Of a DNA stretch of 64,000 nucleotides, positions 14,601 through 27,900 are shown in pieces. Below the pieces are notes generated by a model. That model was given only the letters and a program-made list of their open reading frames with translations, searched no databases and was not told the DNA's origin. The first letter of the stretch is position 1. Each line of letters begins with the position of its first letter. A program made the translations under genes and the position numbers. Location of the stretch: contig NW_002060952.1 of NCBI RefSeq assembly GCF_000150275.1, positions 1,478,452 to 1,542,451 of the forward strand, in the 5' to 3' direction. This DNA is from Trichoplax adhaerens. Taxonomy: Eukaryota; Animalia; Placozoa.

Positions 14601-16151
14601 CGCGAAGGTAATAGCAACAATATTACTTACCCTTTCTCAAAATTCAATAAAGCAAAGACTTCACGATTCATTCCTTCCGGTCGCTTAGCAATAGCCTGAG
14701 GTTTAGAGGTCTTCTTGGTCTGAAGATTATTAAAAAGCGGAATCCAGTTATTCGAGATTGTGCATGGATTGGTATTAGTCAAATAGGTTTATACGCTTAC
14801 ATACTCGTGTTAAGACTCAAAAGAGAGAATCCGATATGGTGTCAATGTGATATCATTGGACATCAATGGCAAATGTTAATTATAGAAATCATCTGAACAT
14901 ACATTACGTATTGATGCCTGATGAGATGATACAGCTATGCTAAAACCGTTAATCATACTATGTCTGTAGACTGCAGTTTCAGGTCACCAGTTAATAGGTT
15001 TATATTTTATGACGACATCATTTTATTGTGAGCAATGCAATGTGATAAAATGGATGAAATGCTAATTGTCAAGTACTGGATATACTGTATATATCCAGCA
15101 TATCCCGGATTCTTTGGTTGTTGCCGGGGACTGACCGTAACCTATGCGTACATCGTTATGGACTTCTACTCCATGACAAGTATCATCAGTCGTTCTAGGA
15201 GAAGGCTTACAATGATAACGAAATCAGAAGCGAAATATAGACCTGTTACCTAGAAGAATGGATCTGATTGACATGATCGCTGGCATTGGATATGGTTAAC
15301 TGTAAAAGCTGTTACACTAACAGTACATTACTGTAAGGTAAAGTTGAATTGACTGGGCCAAAAACAACCTAAAGTGAATTGGAGATGTCTAGCCACCTGT
15401 ATGTACATTTCTTGCATAAGGCGTGCAACTGTATTTCCAGCTATGCTACTGCTACCCTCTATCCTCATCCTCTACGCATATGTATAATGTAGCACTGCAA
15501 ATTCGATTTGCCCTAGCCATCAATCTAATTTTACTGTTATAGCAGACTATTTTAATCATGCAGATTCTACTAGGGCTGATTGTCCAACAGCAAGGCGAAA
15601 ATAACCGGTTGATCCTTTGACAACCAACTATGCAACAGCTAGCCCCAATTCTTGCTAAAGGCAACGCTTGTTTATTTATAGCCACGAAACTATTCTGCCG
15701 TTATGGTCAACCTTGGCTAGGTTATCCCTGTTACTACATCTGCACATGGCAAAGTACAGTAGGCAATCTAATCATGAAATAACGAAGAAATGATAGTCTA
15801 TCCAAGAAATTGGGTTCATTTGGCAGTGAGTTTTTTGGTTCTTTTTTCACGGTTCTACACTGGTCTAGTAGTTGCGTAATGTGGAGTCAACGCTCTTCTG
15901 TTGGCTCGATTCTGATACTAACTCTTGCCTTCGGTATAGCACAAGACGTGACAGTGAACGTTACTGACTAGACCCATGTCGGCGTCATCATCGCTTTTGT
16001 TAGCGATGATTGCATGTCTGCTCAAAGTAATGGAATAGAAAAAATGAAACAATTTTACCTTATTTGAACCAATAATTGCCTCCTTAGTAACTGTTGGACT
16101 TTCATTACTTGTTGGATCGTTAATTTCTAAAATTTCTCTCACGTCGGCCAT
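11615..16151 (-). CDS. DMAP1: DNA methyltransferase 1-associated protein 1 (SWC4/EAF2 ortholog); multi-exon
   Basis: MADVREILE..., [125 protein letters not shown]. Last exon DPMPSATTAEL*. Confidence 0.95.
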
Positions 16152-16574
16152 AACTGTATTAATTTTGGCGCTGCAAGTCGAGTGTTGACTGTCAGCCAAG
16201 AGCCATTCAAACAGCGCAATGGTACGAGTGAGCTGACGAGTGTCACTATATTGAGTTGGTGACACCGAGAAGTGAGTTGTACCGTCGTGTACGTCACTTC
16301 TGGTGCAGCTCATACAAGCAAGGCATTTCATCACAGTAATCCATAGTATGCTAGTGTCATGTACAGTAAGCGTGTTAACACTGCACTGTACAGTACACTG
16401 TACTACACACTACTGTACTGTACAGTTGTCCCGTCCTTCCCGCTATTGTCCTAATTCAGTACAGTGACAGTACGATGATCCGCATCACTATGTCGTTGAT
16501 ACGTGAGATATACTGTACTCAGTATCCTCATCGCAACAGTATTTCTTGGCTTGAGCCCAAGCCAACTTCAGTTC

Positions 16575-19070
16575 ATGCGTGACTGACTGATTGCTACGTC
16601 TTCCGCATTTCGCATCAGTATTTTTGCTGCTGATGCTAAAGCCAACTTCACTTCATTGGCGACTGATGCTACGTCTTCCGGATCTCGCATCAGTATTTCT
16701 TCGGCTGATGCTAATGCAAGCTTCAGTGGATGCGTGGCTGATGCTACGTCTCCCGGATTTCGTATCAATATTTTTGCGGCTGATGCTAAAGCAAACTTCA
16801 GTTGATGCGTGGCTGATGCTAAAGCTAACTTCAGTTGATGCGTGGCTGATGCTAAAGCAAGCTTCAGTGGATGCGTGGCTGATGCTACGTCTTCCGGATT
16901 TGGTATCAGTATTTTTGCGGCTGTTGCTAAAGCCAATTCAATTCATTGGTGACTGATGCTACGTCTTCCGGATTTCGCATCAGTATTTCTTCGGCTGATG
17001 CTAATGCAAGCTTCAGTGGATGCATGGCTGTTGCTACGTCTTGCGGATTTCGTATCAGTATTTTTACGGCTGATATTAAAGCAAACTTCAGTTGATGCGT
17101 GACTGATGCTACGTCTTCCAAATTTCGCATCAGCATTGTTTCGGTTGAAGCGTGGCTGATACTACGTCTTCCAGATTTCCCATCAGTATTTTTGCGGCTG
17201 ATGCTAAAGCAAACCTCAGTTGATGCGTGGCTGATGCCACGTCTTCCGGATTTCGTATCAGTATTTTTGCGGCTGATGCTAAAGCAAACTTCAGTTGATG
17301 CATGGCTGATGCTAATGCAAACTCCAGTGCATGCGTGACTGATGCTACGTCTTTCGGATTTCATATCAGTATTTTTGCGGCTGATGCTAAAGCAAACTTC
17401 AGTTGATGCGTGGCTGATGCTAATGCAAACTTCAGTTGATGCGTGACTGATGCTACGTCTTCCGGATTTCGTATCAGTATTTTTGCGGCTGATGCTAAAG
17501 TACAGTATACAGTACTTCAGTTGATGCGTGGCTGATGCTGATGCAAACTTCAGTTGATGCGTGACTGATGCTACGTCTTACGGATTTCGTATCAGTATTT
17601 TTGCGGCTGATGCTAAAGTAAACTACAGTTGATGCGTGGCTGATGCTAATGCAAACTTCAGTTGATGCGTGACTGATGCTACGTCTTCCGGATTTCGTAT
17701 CAGTACTTTTGCGGCTGATGCTAAAGTAAACTTCAGTTGATGCGTGGCTGATGCTGATGCAAACTTCAGTTGATGCGTGACTGATGCTACGTTTTCCGGA
17801 TTTCGTATCAGTATTTTTGCGGCTGATTCTAAAGTACAGTATACTTCAGTTGATGCGTGGCTGATGCTAAAGCAAACCTCAGTTGATGCGTGGCTGATGC
17901 TACGTCTTCCAAATTTCGCATCACTATTTTTTCGGTTGATGCGTAACTGATGCTACGTCTCCGGATTTCATATCAGTATTTTTGCGGCTGATGCTAAAGT
18001 AAACTTCAGTTGATGCGTGGCTGATGCTGATGCAAACTTCAGTTGATGCGTGACTGATGCTACGTTTTCCGGATTTCGTATCAGTATTTTTGCGGCTGAT
18101 GCTAAAGTACAGTATACTTCAGTTGATGCGTGGCTGATGCTACGTCTTCCAAATTTCGCATCACTATTTTTTCGGTTGATGCGTAACTGATGCTACGTCT
18201 CCGGATTTCATATCAGTATTTTTGCGGCTGATGCTAAAGTAAACTTCAGTTGATGCGTGGCTGATGCTGATGCAAACTTCAGTTGATGCGTGACTGATGC
18301 TACGCTTTCCGGATTTCGTATCAGTATTTTTGCGGCTGATGCTAAAGTACAGTATACTTCAGTTGATGCGTGGCTGATGCTAAAGCAAACCTCAGTTGAT
18401 GCGTGGCTGATGCTACGTCTTCCAAATTTCGCATCACTATTTTTTCGGTTGATGCGTAACTGATGCTACGTCTCCGGATTTCATATCAGTATTTTTGCGG
18501 CTGATGCTAAAGTAAACTTCAGTTGATGCGTGGCTGATGCTGATGCAAACTTCAGTTGATGCGTGACTGATGCTACGTTTTCCGGATTTCGTATCAGTAT
18601 TTTTGCGGCTGATGCTAAAGTACAGTATACTTCAGTTGATGCGTGGCTGATGCTACGTCTTCCAAATTTCGCATCACTATTTTTTCGGTTGATGCGTAAC
18701 TGATGCTACGTCTCCGGATTTCATATCAGTATTTTTGCGGCTGATGCTAAAGTAAACTTCAGTTGATGCGTGGCTGATGCTGATGCAAACTTCAGTTGAT
18801 GCGTGACTGATGCTACGCTTTCCGGATTTCGTATCAGTATTTTTGCGGCTGATGCTAAAGTACAGTATACTTCAGTTGATGCGTGGCTGATGCTAAAGCA
18901 AACCTCAGTTGATGCGTGGCTGATGCTACGTCTTCCAAATTTCGCATCACTATTTTTTCGGTTGATGCGTAACTGATGCTACGTCTCCGGATTTCGCATC
19001 AGTATTTTTGCGGCTGATGCTAAAGCAAACCTCAGTTGATACGTGGCTGATGCTACGTCTGGCAAATTTC
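16575..19070. repeat. Composite minisatellite of 33-bp and 42-bp monomers sharing a (G/A)CTGATGCTA core, with 240/273-bp units forming a 513-bp higher-order repeat
   Basis: Monomers gctgatgctaaagcaaacttcagttgatgcgtg (33 bp) and gctgatgctacgtcttccggatttcgtatcagtatttttgcg (42 bp). Marker 'gcgtaactga' at 17941, 18181, 18454, 18694, 18967. Confidence 0.97.
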
Positions 19071-19084
19071 GCGTCAATGGAAGA

Positions 19085-20545
19085 AAATGCAACTGTAGCA
19101 CCATGGACTCCCAAGGTATTTGGTCAGTTTGAGGAGTCCATGGTAGTACCTTATGCAAGAAATGTGTCGTAGATAGAAGCTGATGATGAGATGGTTTGAC
19201 CCATATCACAGCCTAAGGTAGCAGCGATCAGGCTCCTTAGACAAACTCTTAAAATATCATTTTGACGAGCCTATGGTAGTACTGTTCATTATGCAGAAAT
19301 GTGTAGAAGATAGAGACTGATGATGAGGCGTCTTGGCTCATATTACCAACCGAACATAGTAGTAGTCAGGTTAATAAACTCGAAGATACCTGGTCATTTT
19401 GAGGAGTTCTTGCTAGCTAGCATACAGTACTATGCAAGAAATGTTCAGTAGATACAGGCTAATGACTGGACAGCTCGAGTCGCTCGACTTATATTACGAG
19501 TATAAGGTAGCAGCGGTCAAGCTCCCTAGCTAAACTCCTAAAATATCATTTTGAGGAGCCCATGGCAGTGCTATTCATCGTGTAGAAATGTATAGTAGAG
19601 AGAGATTGATAATAAGGCGGCTTGACTCATATAACGAACCTAACGTACAGCAGCAGCAGTCAGGTGAATGGACTCCTAAGATACCTGGGGTCACTTTGAG
19701 GAGTGCTTGGTAGTATACTATGCAAGGAATATTCAGTAGACACAAACTGATGATGGGACGGCTCGAGTCGCTCGACCTATATTACGAGCCTAAAAAGGTA
19801 GCATCGGTCAAGCTCCTTAGCTAAACTCTTAAAATATCATTTTGAGGAGCCCAAGGTAGTACTATTAGCAGCGGTCAAGCTCCCTAGCTAAACTCCTAAA
19901 ATATTATTTTGAGGAGCCCAAGGCAGTACTATTAGCAGCGGTCAAGCTCCCTAGCTAAACTCCTAAAATATCATTTTGAGCAGTCCATATTAGGACTATT
20001 CATAGTGCAGAAATGTATAGTAGAGAGAGACTGATAATAAGGCGGCTTGACTCATATAACAAACCTAACGTACAGCAGCAGCAGTCAGGTGAATGGACTC
20101 CTCTAAGATACCTGGGTCACTTTGAGGAGTGCTTGGTAGTATACTATGCAAGGAATATTCAGTAGACACAAACTGATGATGGGACGGCTCGAGTCGCTCG
20201 ACCTATATTACGAGCCTAAGGTAGCATCGGTCAAGCTCCTTAGCTAAACTCCTAAAATACCATTTTGAGGAGCCCATGGTAGTACTATTCATCGTGTAGA
20301 AATGTATAGTAGATACAGACTGATAATAAGGTGGCTTGGCTCATATAACGAACCTAGCGTATGAGTGGCAGTTAGTCTGATGAACTACTAAAATACCTAG
20401 TGAGCTTGAAGAGTCTAGGCTAGTACATTATGCAAGAACTGTTCAGTAGACAGAGGTTGATAATTAATTAATGGGACGGCTCAACTTATATTACGAGCCG
20501 TCGGTAGTGGCAGTCAAGCTCCTTCGTTAAACTCCTGAAATATCA
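19085..20545. repeat. Second diverged tandem array: alternating ~140-bp A/B monomers (~290-bp dimer) with an internal 67-bp sub-repeat
   Basis: 'gctcgagtcgctcgac' at 19473, 19761, 20187. 'cggtcaagctcc.tagctaaactc.taaaata..attttgag' recurs at ~19514, 19805, 19872, 19939, 20228. Confidence 0.9.
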
Positions 20546-21908
20546 TGCTGGCTTCATTTGGCCCTAGTAGTTATTACCGCCAAATTAATTATCAAGTCTA
20601 AGCATAAATTCTAGTATTCTACCTTTTAGTTACAATAACGGAAGTTTGTTGATGGAACTCCATTTCTTTTCGACCTATGAGCTAACTTTATCTCGTTTTG
20701 TGTACCGATACGAGAATAATACTGTAGAATATTGACCATAATAGCATCGAATACATAGTAAAATTCATCATATATAGTGGCCTATATTGCCAGTCAACAA
20801 TAAAAGTCAAAGACCTTCTGTAGGATCAAGTTCGTTGTCAAATAAGAGAGTGAGCCTGAATTGGTTTGATAATATAAAATTATTTTATTACGGATAATAT
20901 CTAGTAAACTATCGTATACCGCAGACTGGATCTATTGAAAATGAAGTAATTTGGAAATCAATCAGTATAGAATAATTTGAAAAAGCTATAACTAGATAAA
21001 TACTCCATTTAATCGTCAATTTCAGCGGTAAAACGTATCAAAAACAGATACCAGCAGCTAAAGTAATCAAGCTAACTGATATATTAACTGTAAATAACAA
21101 TAGCTATATTAATATAATTTTCTTTCGTTTCGATAATCATATAAAGCTCAGCAATATTACAATTATAACAGTGTTAGTGGAATAAGAAAAGATTCAAATC
21201 TCGATCATACCAATAGAATATTTGTATATTACCATCAAGTAATATTGTATACTGGAATTTATAGACAAAACATATATATTTATCTTTCATTGCTTTGCGT
21301 CATTTTACTATAATATTCAATATGTCAAAATAACACCTTGAATATCTTACTAGATTGCATTTGATAAAAATAGAAAAATTAGGAGTTTGAAGTATCTTAA
21401 TTGATTTAGCTCAATTTTTGCTATAATAAATTTTAGCCATATGGAGTATCCGAGTTGTAAAAGATTTTTGTCGGATGGCAGTAGAAAAATAAGAATGATA
21501 AAGACAACATCCGACAATGAAACAAGGCTATCAAACATTAAAAAATGAATATTTTCAATATTTTACAATAAGTATGTATATTTAGATGTATTTATAGATT
21601 CATCTATAGAAAAAGAAAAATAGAATGATAAATTAAGTATACATATTTATAACAGATGCTTAATACTTCCGATGAAGCATCAGTAATAGCAGCCATACTA
21701 TGATATTTGAGCGAGTTATGTGATTCTCGCTTGAATATTAAAGTAGATATGGAGTTACTCGTTGGCAACAGATTGTAAAGGCTACCAAGTCAAATAAGTT
21801 ACCACAGTCGATTTATTCAGGAAGATTGCTCCAATAGCGAAACTAGCTTATCAGCAATAGCGCTCCTACTATGATATTCGAGCGGGTTATACGGTTCCTT
21901 CTTCAATA

Positions 21909-24900
21909 TTAAAGTAGATATTGGAGTTGTTTGTTGGCAAGAGATTGTGAAGGCTGCCAGGTCGAATAAGTTGCCACAGTCGATCTATTTATGAAAATTA
22001 GGTCAAAAACGAAGCTAGGTTATTATCTATTGAAGTGTAGATGCTCAATAGCTAGCGATCGTAGAATAAAAAAATTCTTGATATAATATGGACTGCAAAA
22101 CCTGAAAACAGTTCTACATACCTGCTAGAATTAGCCTGAACTGTAGTATCTGCAGCTATTTTAGCTTCGCATGCAAATTGATAGACGATTAATAAGCAAT
22201 CGCGACATAACTTTACAATCCTCCGACAGCAATTCATTTCCACCTACATAGTAGAAGGATATAACGAAATGTTACTGTATTAGCATAATCATATGCTGTC
22301 TTATACGATATTGACCAATATTCGTGATATAAAAATGCCAATTAGGCTATTACTGAAGAATCTTTTTTGCTAATATAAAGTATTTTATTACTCTTACCGT
22401 TGAAATACTTTCAGTACTTTTATTAAAAATCACCTCCCATGAATTACTATAAGTAAACATAATAACATTGATATCAGTTAAATCAAATTAGCCAAAGTAT
22501 CAGTATGTTATTTGTAATATGCTCATAGGTAGCTAATTTACCCGATAGATGAGAAACAATTCCATAGTCCTTGGCCATGGCTCCATAATAATCGATTAAA
22601 TACGCGGTTAAAGATGCGATTTAATCTTAAATTTTCTATATCTTGACTTCTCCAGATATACTGTAGTACGGAGCCAATATTGGTTTTAACAATATCGACA
22701 ACCTTAATTGCATAGTTACAACAGTATTAGAATAGTTAATGTTATATCAGTAGTAAAACTGATTGTTAGCAATACCAAAACAAACTGATATAGTTTTATC
22801 AGAGAATAAAATTATATTAAGTAATCACCTTCTTCCTCTTAACTGTGTCTAATTTAACTAGCCAATAAGATGCAACACGAGGCTTGTGAAATTTCCAGTT
22901 ATCCTGTAACTATATTAGAGAAGTTTATTGATTAGACATTAATCAATCAATTAACTATTCATACAGTTTACAATCGCTTTAACTACTTTCTTTTTCTAAA
23001 ATTTCTAACCTACAACGCGAACTAGAATACCAAAATTATCTTTTGACTATATATTACATTTCTGAATAATTTTAAATTGGAGTGATGTAAAAAGAAATAG
23101 TAGTATCCGGGCTGAAAATTAATTTATTCAACTTAGATAAAATACTAGTAGATATTCATATGTAGTAAGAATAGTATTATCAAACTCTAGAGCTACTAAT
23201 ATGCTCTAAAGAAAATCTTTTTAGATACCCTAAGCTGCAAACAATAGTAAAAATGTGAACTACATTTTTTGTTATGCTACAAGCCATGGCAGAATACCAT
23301 ATAATACATGACAAGTTCGTACTCATATTCAAATTATTTAAATCTTACAAAAAGAAGTAGAAAGTCAAATAATCGTATAGCCAAATACTATAGCATATGG
23401 TTATCAAGATTCTTATTAAACTAAATCCCTATTCTTATGCCTATTTGACCATATTTTTTATGCAAGTGTTAAGAAAGAGTAAATTTAATTTTTTTGGAAA
23501 GGAGATTATTGCTAAGCTATTATACATAGAAATAGCATGCACAGCAGGTTGCCTAAATAATCTCCAGTATTTCTGCTAATACTTGCTCTAATATAGTATG
23601 ATACATATTTTAAATTCTTACCAACTGAAGAATTAGTTTAGCTTCGTCATCGCTCTTTCCAGGGAATTTAATTTTCATTTCATTTAGAGCTATAAAAGTG
23701 CGGTTAGTCAATTCTTCTTCTCGTTGCTTAATAGCAGCTTTGATATAATCATCATCCTAATAGTTGGTAAGCAATTTAGTATTAGTATTGCTTATTGTAG
23801 CTTCGGTTATGAATAAGCAATTAATCATTGATGAAAAAATCATTAGATTACTATTGCACAGGTTTTGCTCAAATAGGGTGGATTATTGACAGTCGGTTTC
23901 TTATTAGTTCGCACTAATTTGGGTTTATCTTGTTTACTAACAAGATTGCTACTATCGGGTGTAATTGATTTATTAGCAACTGAATTGGTATCTCTTTCTA
24001 TTTGGCTGGGAGGCATTGAGGATAACACCTAAAGAAGAGTAGAAACGTGACAAGTTTATTTTATTGCCAAAATTAAACGGCATTATTGAATAATCTATTG
24101 GGTTATGCGTTACTACCTTGGGACTTTTAGGATTTTGCTTTTTATCCAAGTCAATTTCCATCTCACATTGTTCCAACATATCAAGAATTTCTTCCTCCTT
24201 TATATAGTAAAATAGTAAGGGAAATATAGTCATCAGCTATATATTAAATGAATGACAAGTATTTATTATTTTGTGGGGAAGGATCAGCAACATCACGTTA
24301 GTAATAGACGTTAAAAATTGAGGAAAAGTCTCACCTGTAGGTATTTTAATGCTACGCAATTATCTTTACTAGCAATTCCGGAGCCTAAAGTCGTTATTTA
24401 TGGAATTCATTAAGGAACTCTCACATATTAATTATTTGAATTAGCTTTAATTAACAGATGTTTGCTTAGATTAAGATTATGAAATATTTAAAATTTTTAA
24501 AACACATAATAAATTGTAATAATGTTGAGAAAGTCAATAATGTTACAATCTCATCATTCATGATAAATTTACCGGATAAAATAACTTTATGGGCAGCATC
24601 AATCATTGCTTCATATTTATCGTTGACTTTGCTATCGTCTGTTGGATAAATCCGTCGAAATCCACCCTAGAGCAATAAATTAATACGTTAGACATAAAAT
24701 GGCAACATTTCAAAGTGGATCATGCAGATGAGGAGTAAATTCTCAGTGATTCCAGCATGTGAGTTATTTACCAAGTTTTTATTTTCATACTCTTCTCGAG
24801 CATTCTGTATTCGTATCTGATTTAATCGATCTCGCTAATCAAACCCATAACAAAATATTTTTTTCGTTTAATACACAATTTACCATATCGCCCTTACTGT

Positions 24901-27900
24901 CAAGGGAATTAGCCAATATTAACCAATAGTGACTTACTAAATTTTCAATCCTTCTCTCAATTAAGTCCTTTTTCTTTTCTTTATCCTATTAATAAGAACA
25001 GAATTTAACAAATACAGTAGTTTCGTTTTTTTCAATTAGACTAAATCAAGGCAAGATTAGAGCTTGCAGATCCAATTTAATACGAACATTTTTCCAACTT
25101 ACAGTTTTCTCTTTTCGACTACGTTGAGTTGGTCTTAATAATCGTCGTCGTACTTCTGCTTTTTGGGCAGCTAAGCCTTTTCTACGATCACTTAATTTAA
25201 TATTAACTAATCGCAATGTGTCAGTCAGAAGTCTACTTTTAATATCATAATCAATTTTTCCATCGGTGCCAAAACTAGGAGATCGATTAACCTAATTATA
25301 GAGACATTGATTAATATAACGCTATTAGCGGTAAAAATAGATGTCTGAATGTCCTTACCTCTAATAGCCATGGTCGTAATTTTCGATCAAGAATAACATC
25401 AAATCCAAGAATTTCGAAACACGAGCTAATGGATGTTCCTAGTGAATTAGCCCGGCAAGTTCGATAGATATGAAGTAAATGAGGCGCAGCAGCAATAATT
25501 GTCTTGATAATAACATCCTAGTTAAGGTAAAAGCCAGAAATGAAAGAATGCATTAAGTACTGAATATAGCTGAGGCATAATTTGTATCAAATCGAGCTTC
25601 TAGGTTCATTAATATTCTGTTTATGTGTCTATCAAAGCTTACTGCTATATTATTCCATAGCTGCGTCACGCTGTAGCCATGTTCTCTTAGCCATGTATTA
25701 AAAAATTTAATAGATCTAAAATTGATTTAATCGTTGAGAAAGAAAATTGAATAAGTTGCTACCAATAGAGATTAGAAGTGCTGAAGCTGTATTTGCTTCT
25801 TTTTGTCAGTAGTGAAGTAATTTTAAACACCTTTTCGTGCCTCTGTCATGCTCGTCAGCATTATCGAAATTTTCGCTATGTTTGTTGATAGAATAATTGG
25901 TTAAATGCATAAATAATTTGTCCTAAAAAGCGCAGAAATGAAATGAATTTTAATTTTAATATGATATTTTGTTTGTCAAGGTACTGCAATTCGTATAGAT
26001 TTTAGTCGTAAATTGAGCAGTGATGTAAAGGAACAAGTTGAACAGGAAATCGTTGAAACAACATTAAATTTATATCCGTTCGTTGATATAAGTTAAGGAA
26101 TAGATATTCAGGTTATCAAGAAACAGTAGATTAAATTAGGCAATTAAATAGCCTGTAGTTCTTTTTCTTACTATATTATGATCAGATGGTACTGTATAGG
26201 GTTGTGTACTTAGTCTGACCTGTAAAATGTTAAAATAAAACAATAATTAATCAGATCAATGTTAATTATATTAGAAATTAACTTTAGCCTTACAAGCTGT
26301 AGGTTATCTTAACTTACCAAGCCGTCGTCAAATAGAAATATTCTTAACGGATCGCATGAAGTCACCAATACGTAAATTCGTAGATCAAATTTTAACCCAT
26401 CAATCAGCAAGGGCTAAAACGGTTACATTAACATAAAATTAATTGGACGTTAGGGAAGATGTACTTAATAAAAATCATCATACTTCATCCAAAAATATAA
26501 AGGATAGATATGATTTAAAAATGTGAGAGATACTAGGATAAAGAAATTCCTAAGTCGCTGGAAAAATTATTGATTTGTGTCTTACAAGCAGACTTTGCTA
26601 ATTAATATTTCCACAAACCTTTTCCATATATTCTTGAACAACGTAGTTTTCATTCCAAGGAATATTTTCAGAGTTTCTTGTTAGGGTGATACTGTTATTA
26701 TATTTGTAAAATTTTAATTAATATGATAAATAACTGTTGTTACCAATAACATAACTAAAGTAGAAAGATCAGAAGCTTTGGTAAGCTAATTTCATTACCC
26801 ATTTCCCATAGCGCCGTTGGACGGTTTACAGATGAAGGTTCTTGTTTTTTTTCGCTTTTTTAATTCTCGACAATAACCTTGATAAGCATTATATCTGGTA
26901 GAAATAGTGTTAAGGAGGAATAGCATCGAATAAAGTTGTCATAACGATGAAATCAACTCTGGTATTGATTGTATGTAATGATAGAATTGAATTAGACTTT
27001 AGTTGATAAAGATACTCGGCAGGTAATATCCAAGTTCGAGGAAAGAAACCATAATCATCTGGCAATTCTTTTACCATTCTGTATTGAAAATTTGAAAATT
27101 TATTTACAACCAATTAAGGTTGGGATAAATTTAGAAAAAAATCTAACTATTGATATGAGAAACTTGGTAAAATTTATTAAAAACTAATTAGTACTGGCTT
27201 ATAATAATGAAAGGATACGAAGATTGTAAACTAGGCAGCAATAGTTACAAACTATACAACACTTACTTTTGAAGGTTCCTTGCTAAACTGTCCTTACGAC
27301 ATATTTCTCCCATACCAGGGAAATGATTAACTCTCTAAATTGAATACAGGACGATATAATATTGCTGTTACAGGTAGTAATTTATTATATGATAAAGTAT
27401 ACTGTAATCCGAGATTTTAATTTAAAGCGGTATGCGAATCATTTGAGGGTTAATCAAATGTCTGCCTTTCAAATTATCTACCAATTACTTTGTTTTTAAA
27501 TAAAACTACCCAGAAATTCTCTAAAAGTAATACTTTCTGCATCATATGATCATAAAACACAGTAACCAAAGGTAACATTTGATAGTCTTTGTTTGCAATG
27601 ATGTAAAGCAAGGAGTTAGAGACTAGGTTGTATCGCAGTTTGAAGGCAAGGATGCAAAAATACTACAAAAATGAATCGATAAATGCTAGAAAAGATTCAA
27701 CGTTCAACTTAGAATGGATCGTTTCTTATTCTTAGTATAGTAATCGTTAATTCCTTTTAAGGATTATAATATCAAATAGGGTATCGAGTAAATGCTACAA
27801 TTTCTATTTTTTGAATTACCTGATATGGCTTAAATTCGGCAATTCGTTCAGCAGGAAGGGCAGTATCACACCAGAATAGGAAACTAAATCGAAAAATTAA

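Noticed and set aside
16575-19070. CRISPR-like repeat/spacer array
   Set aside because: The sequences between the shared cores are themselves repeated monomers, not unique spacers. Eukaryotic context and no cas genes.
19085-20545. Tandem C/D-box snoRNA cluster
   Set aside because: TGATGA motifs occur, but CTGA overlaps or precedes them rather than lying at a 3' D-box position, and several copies have TGATAA.
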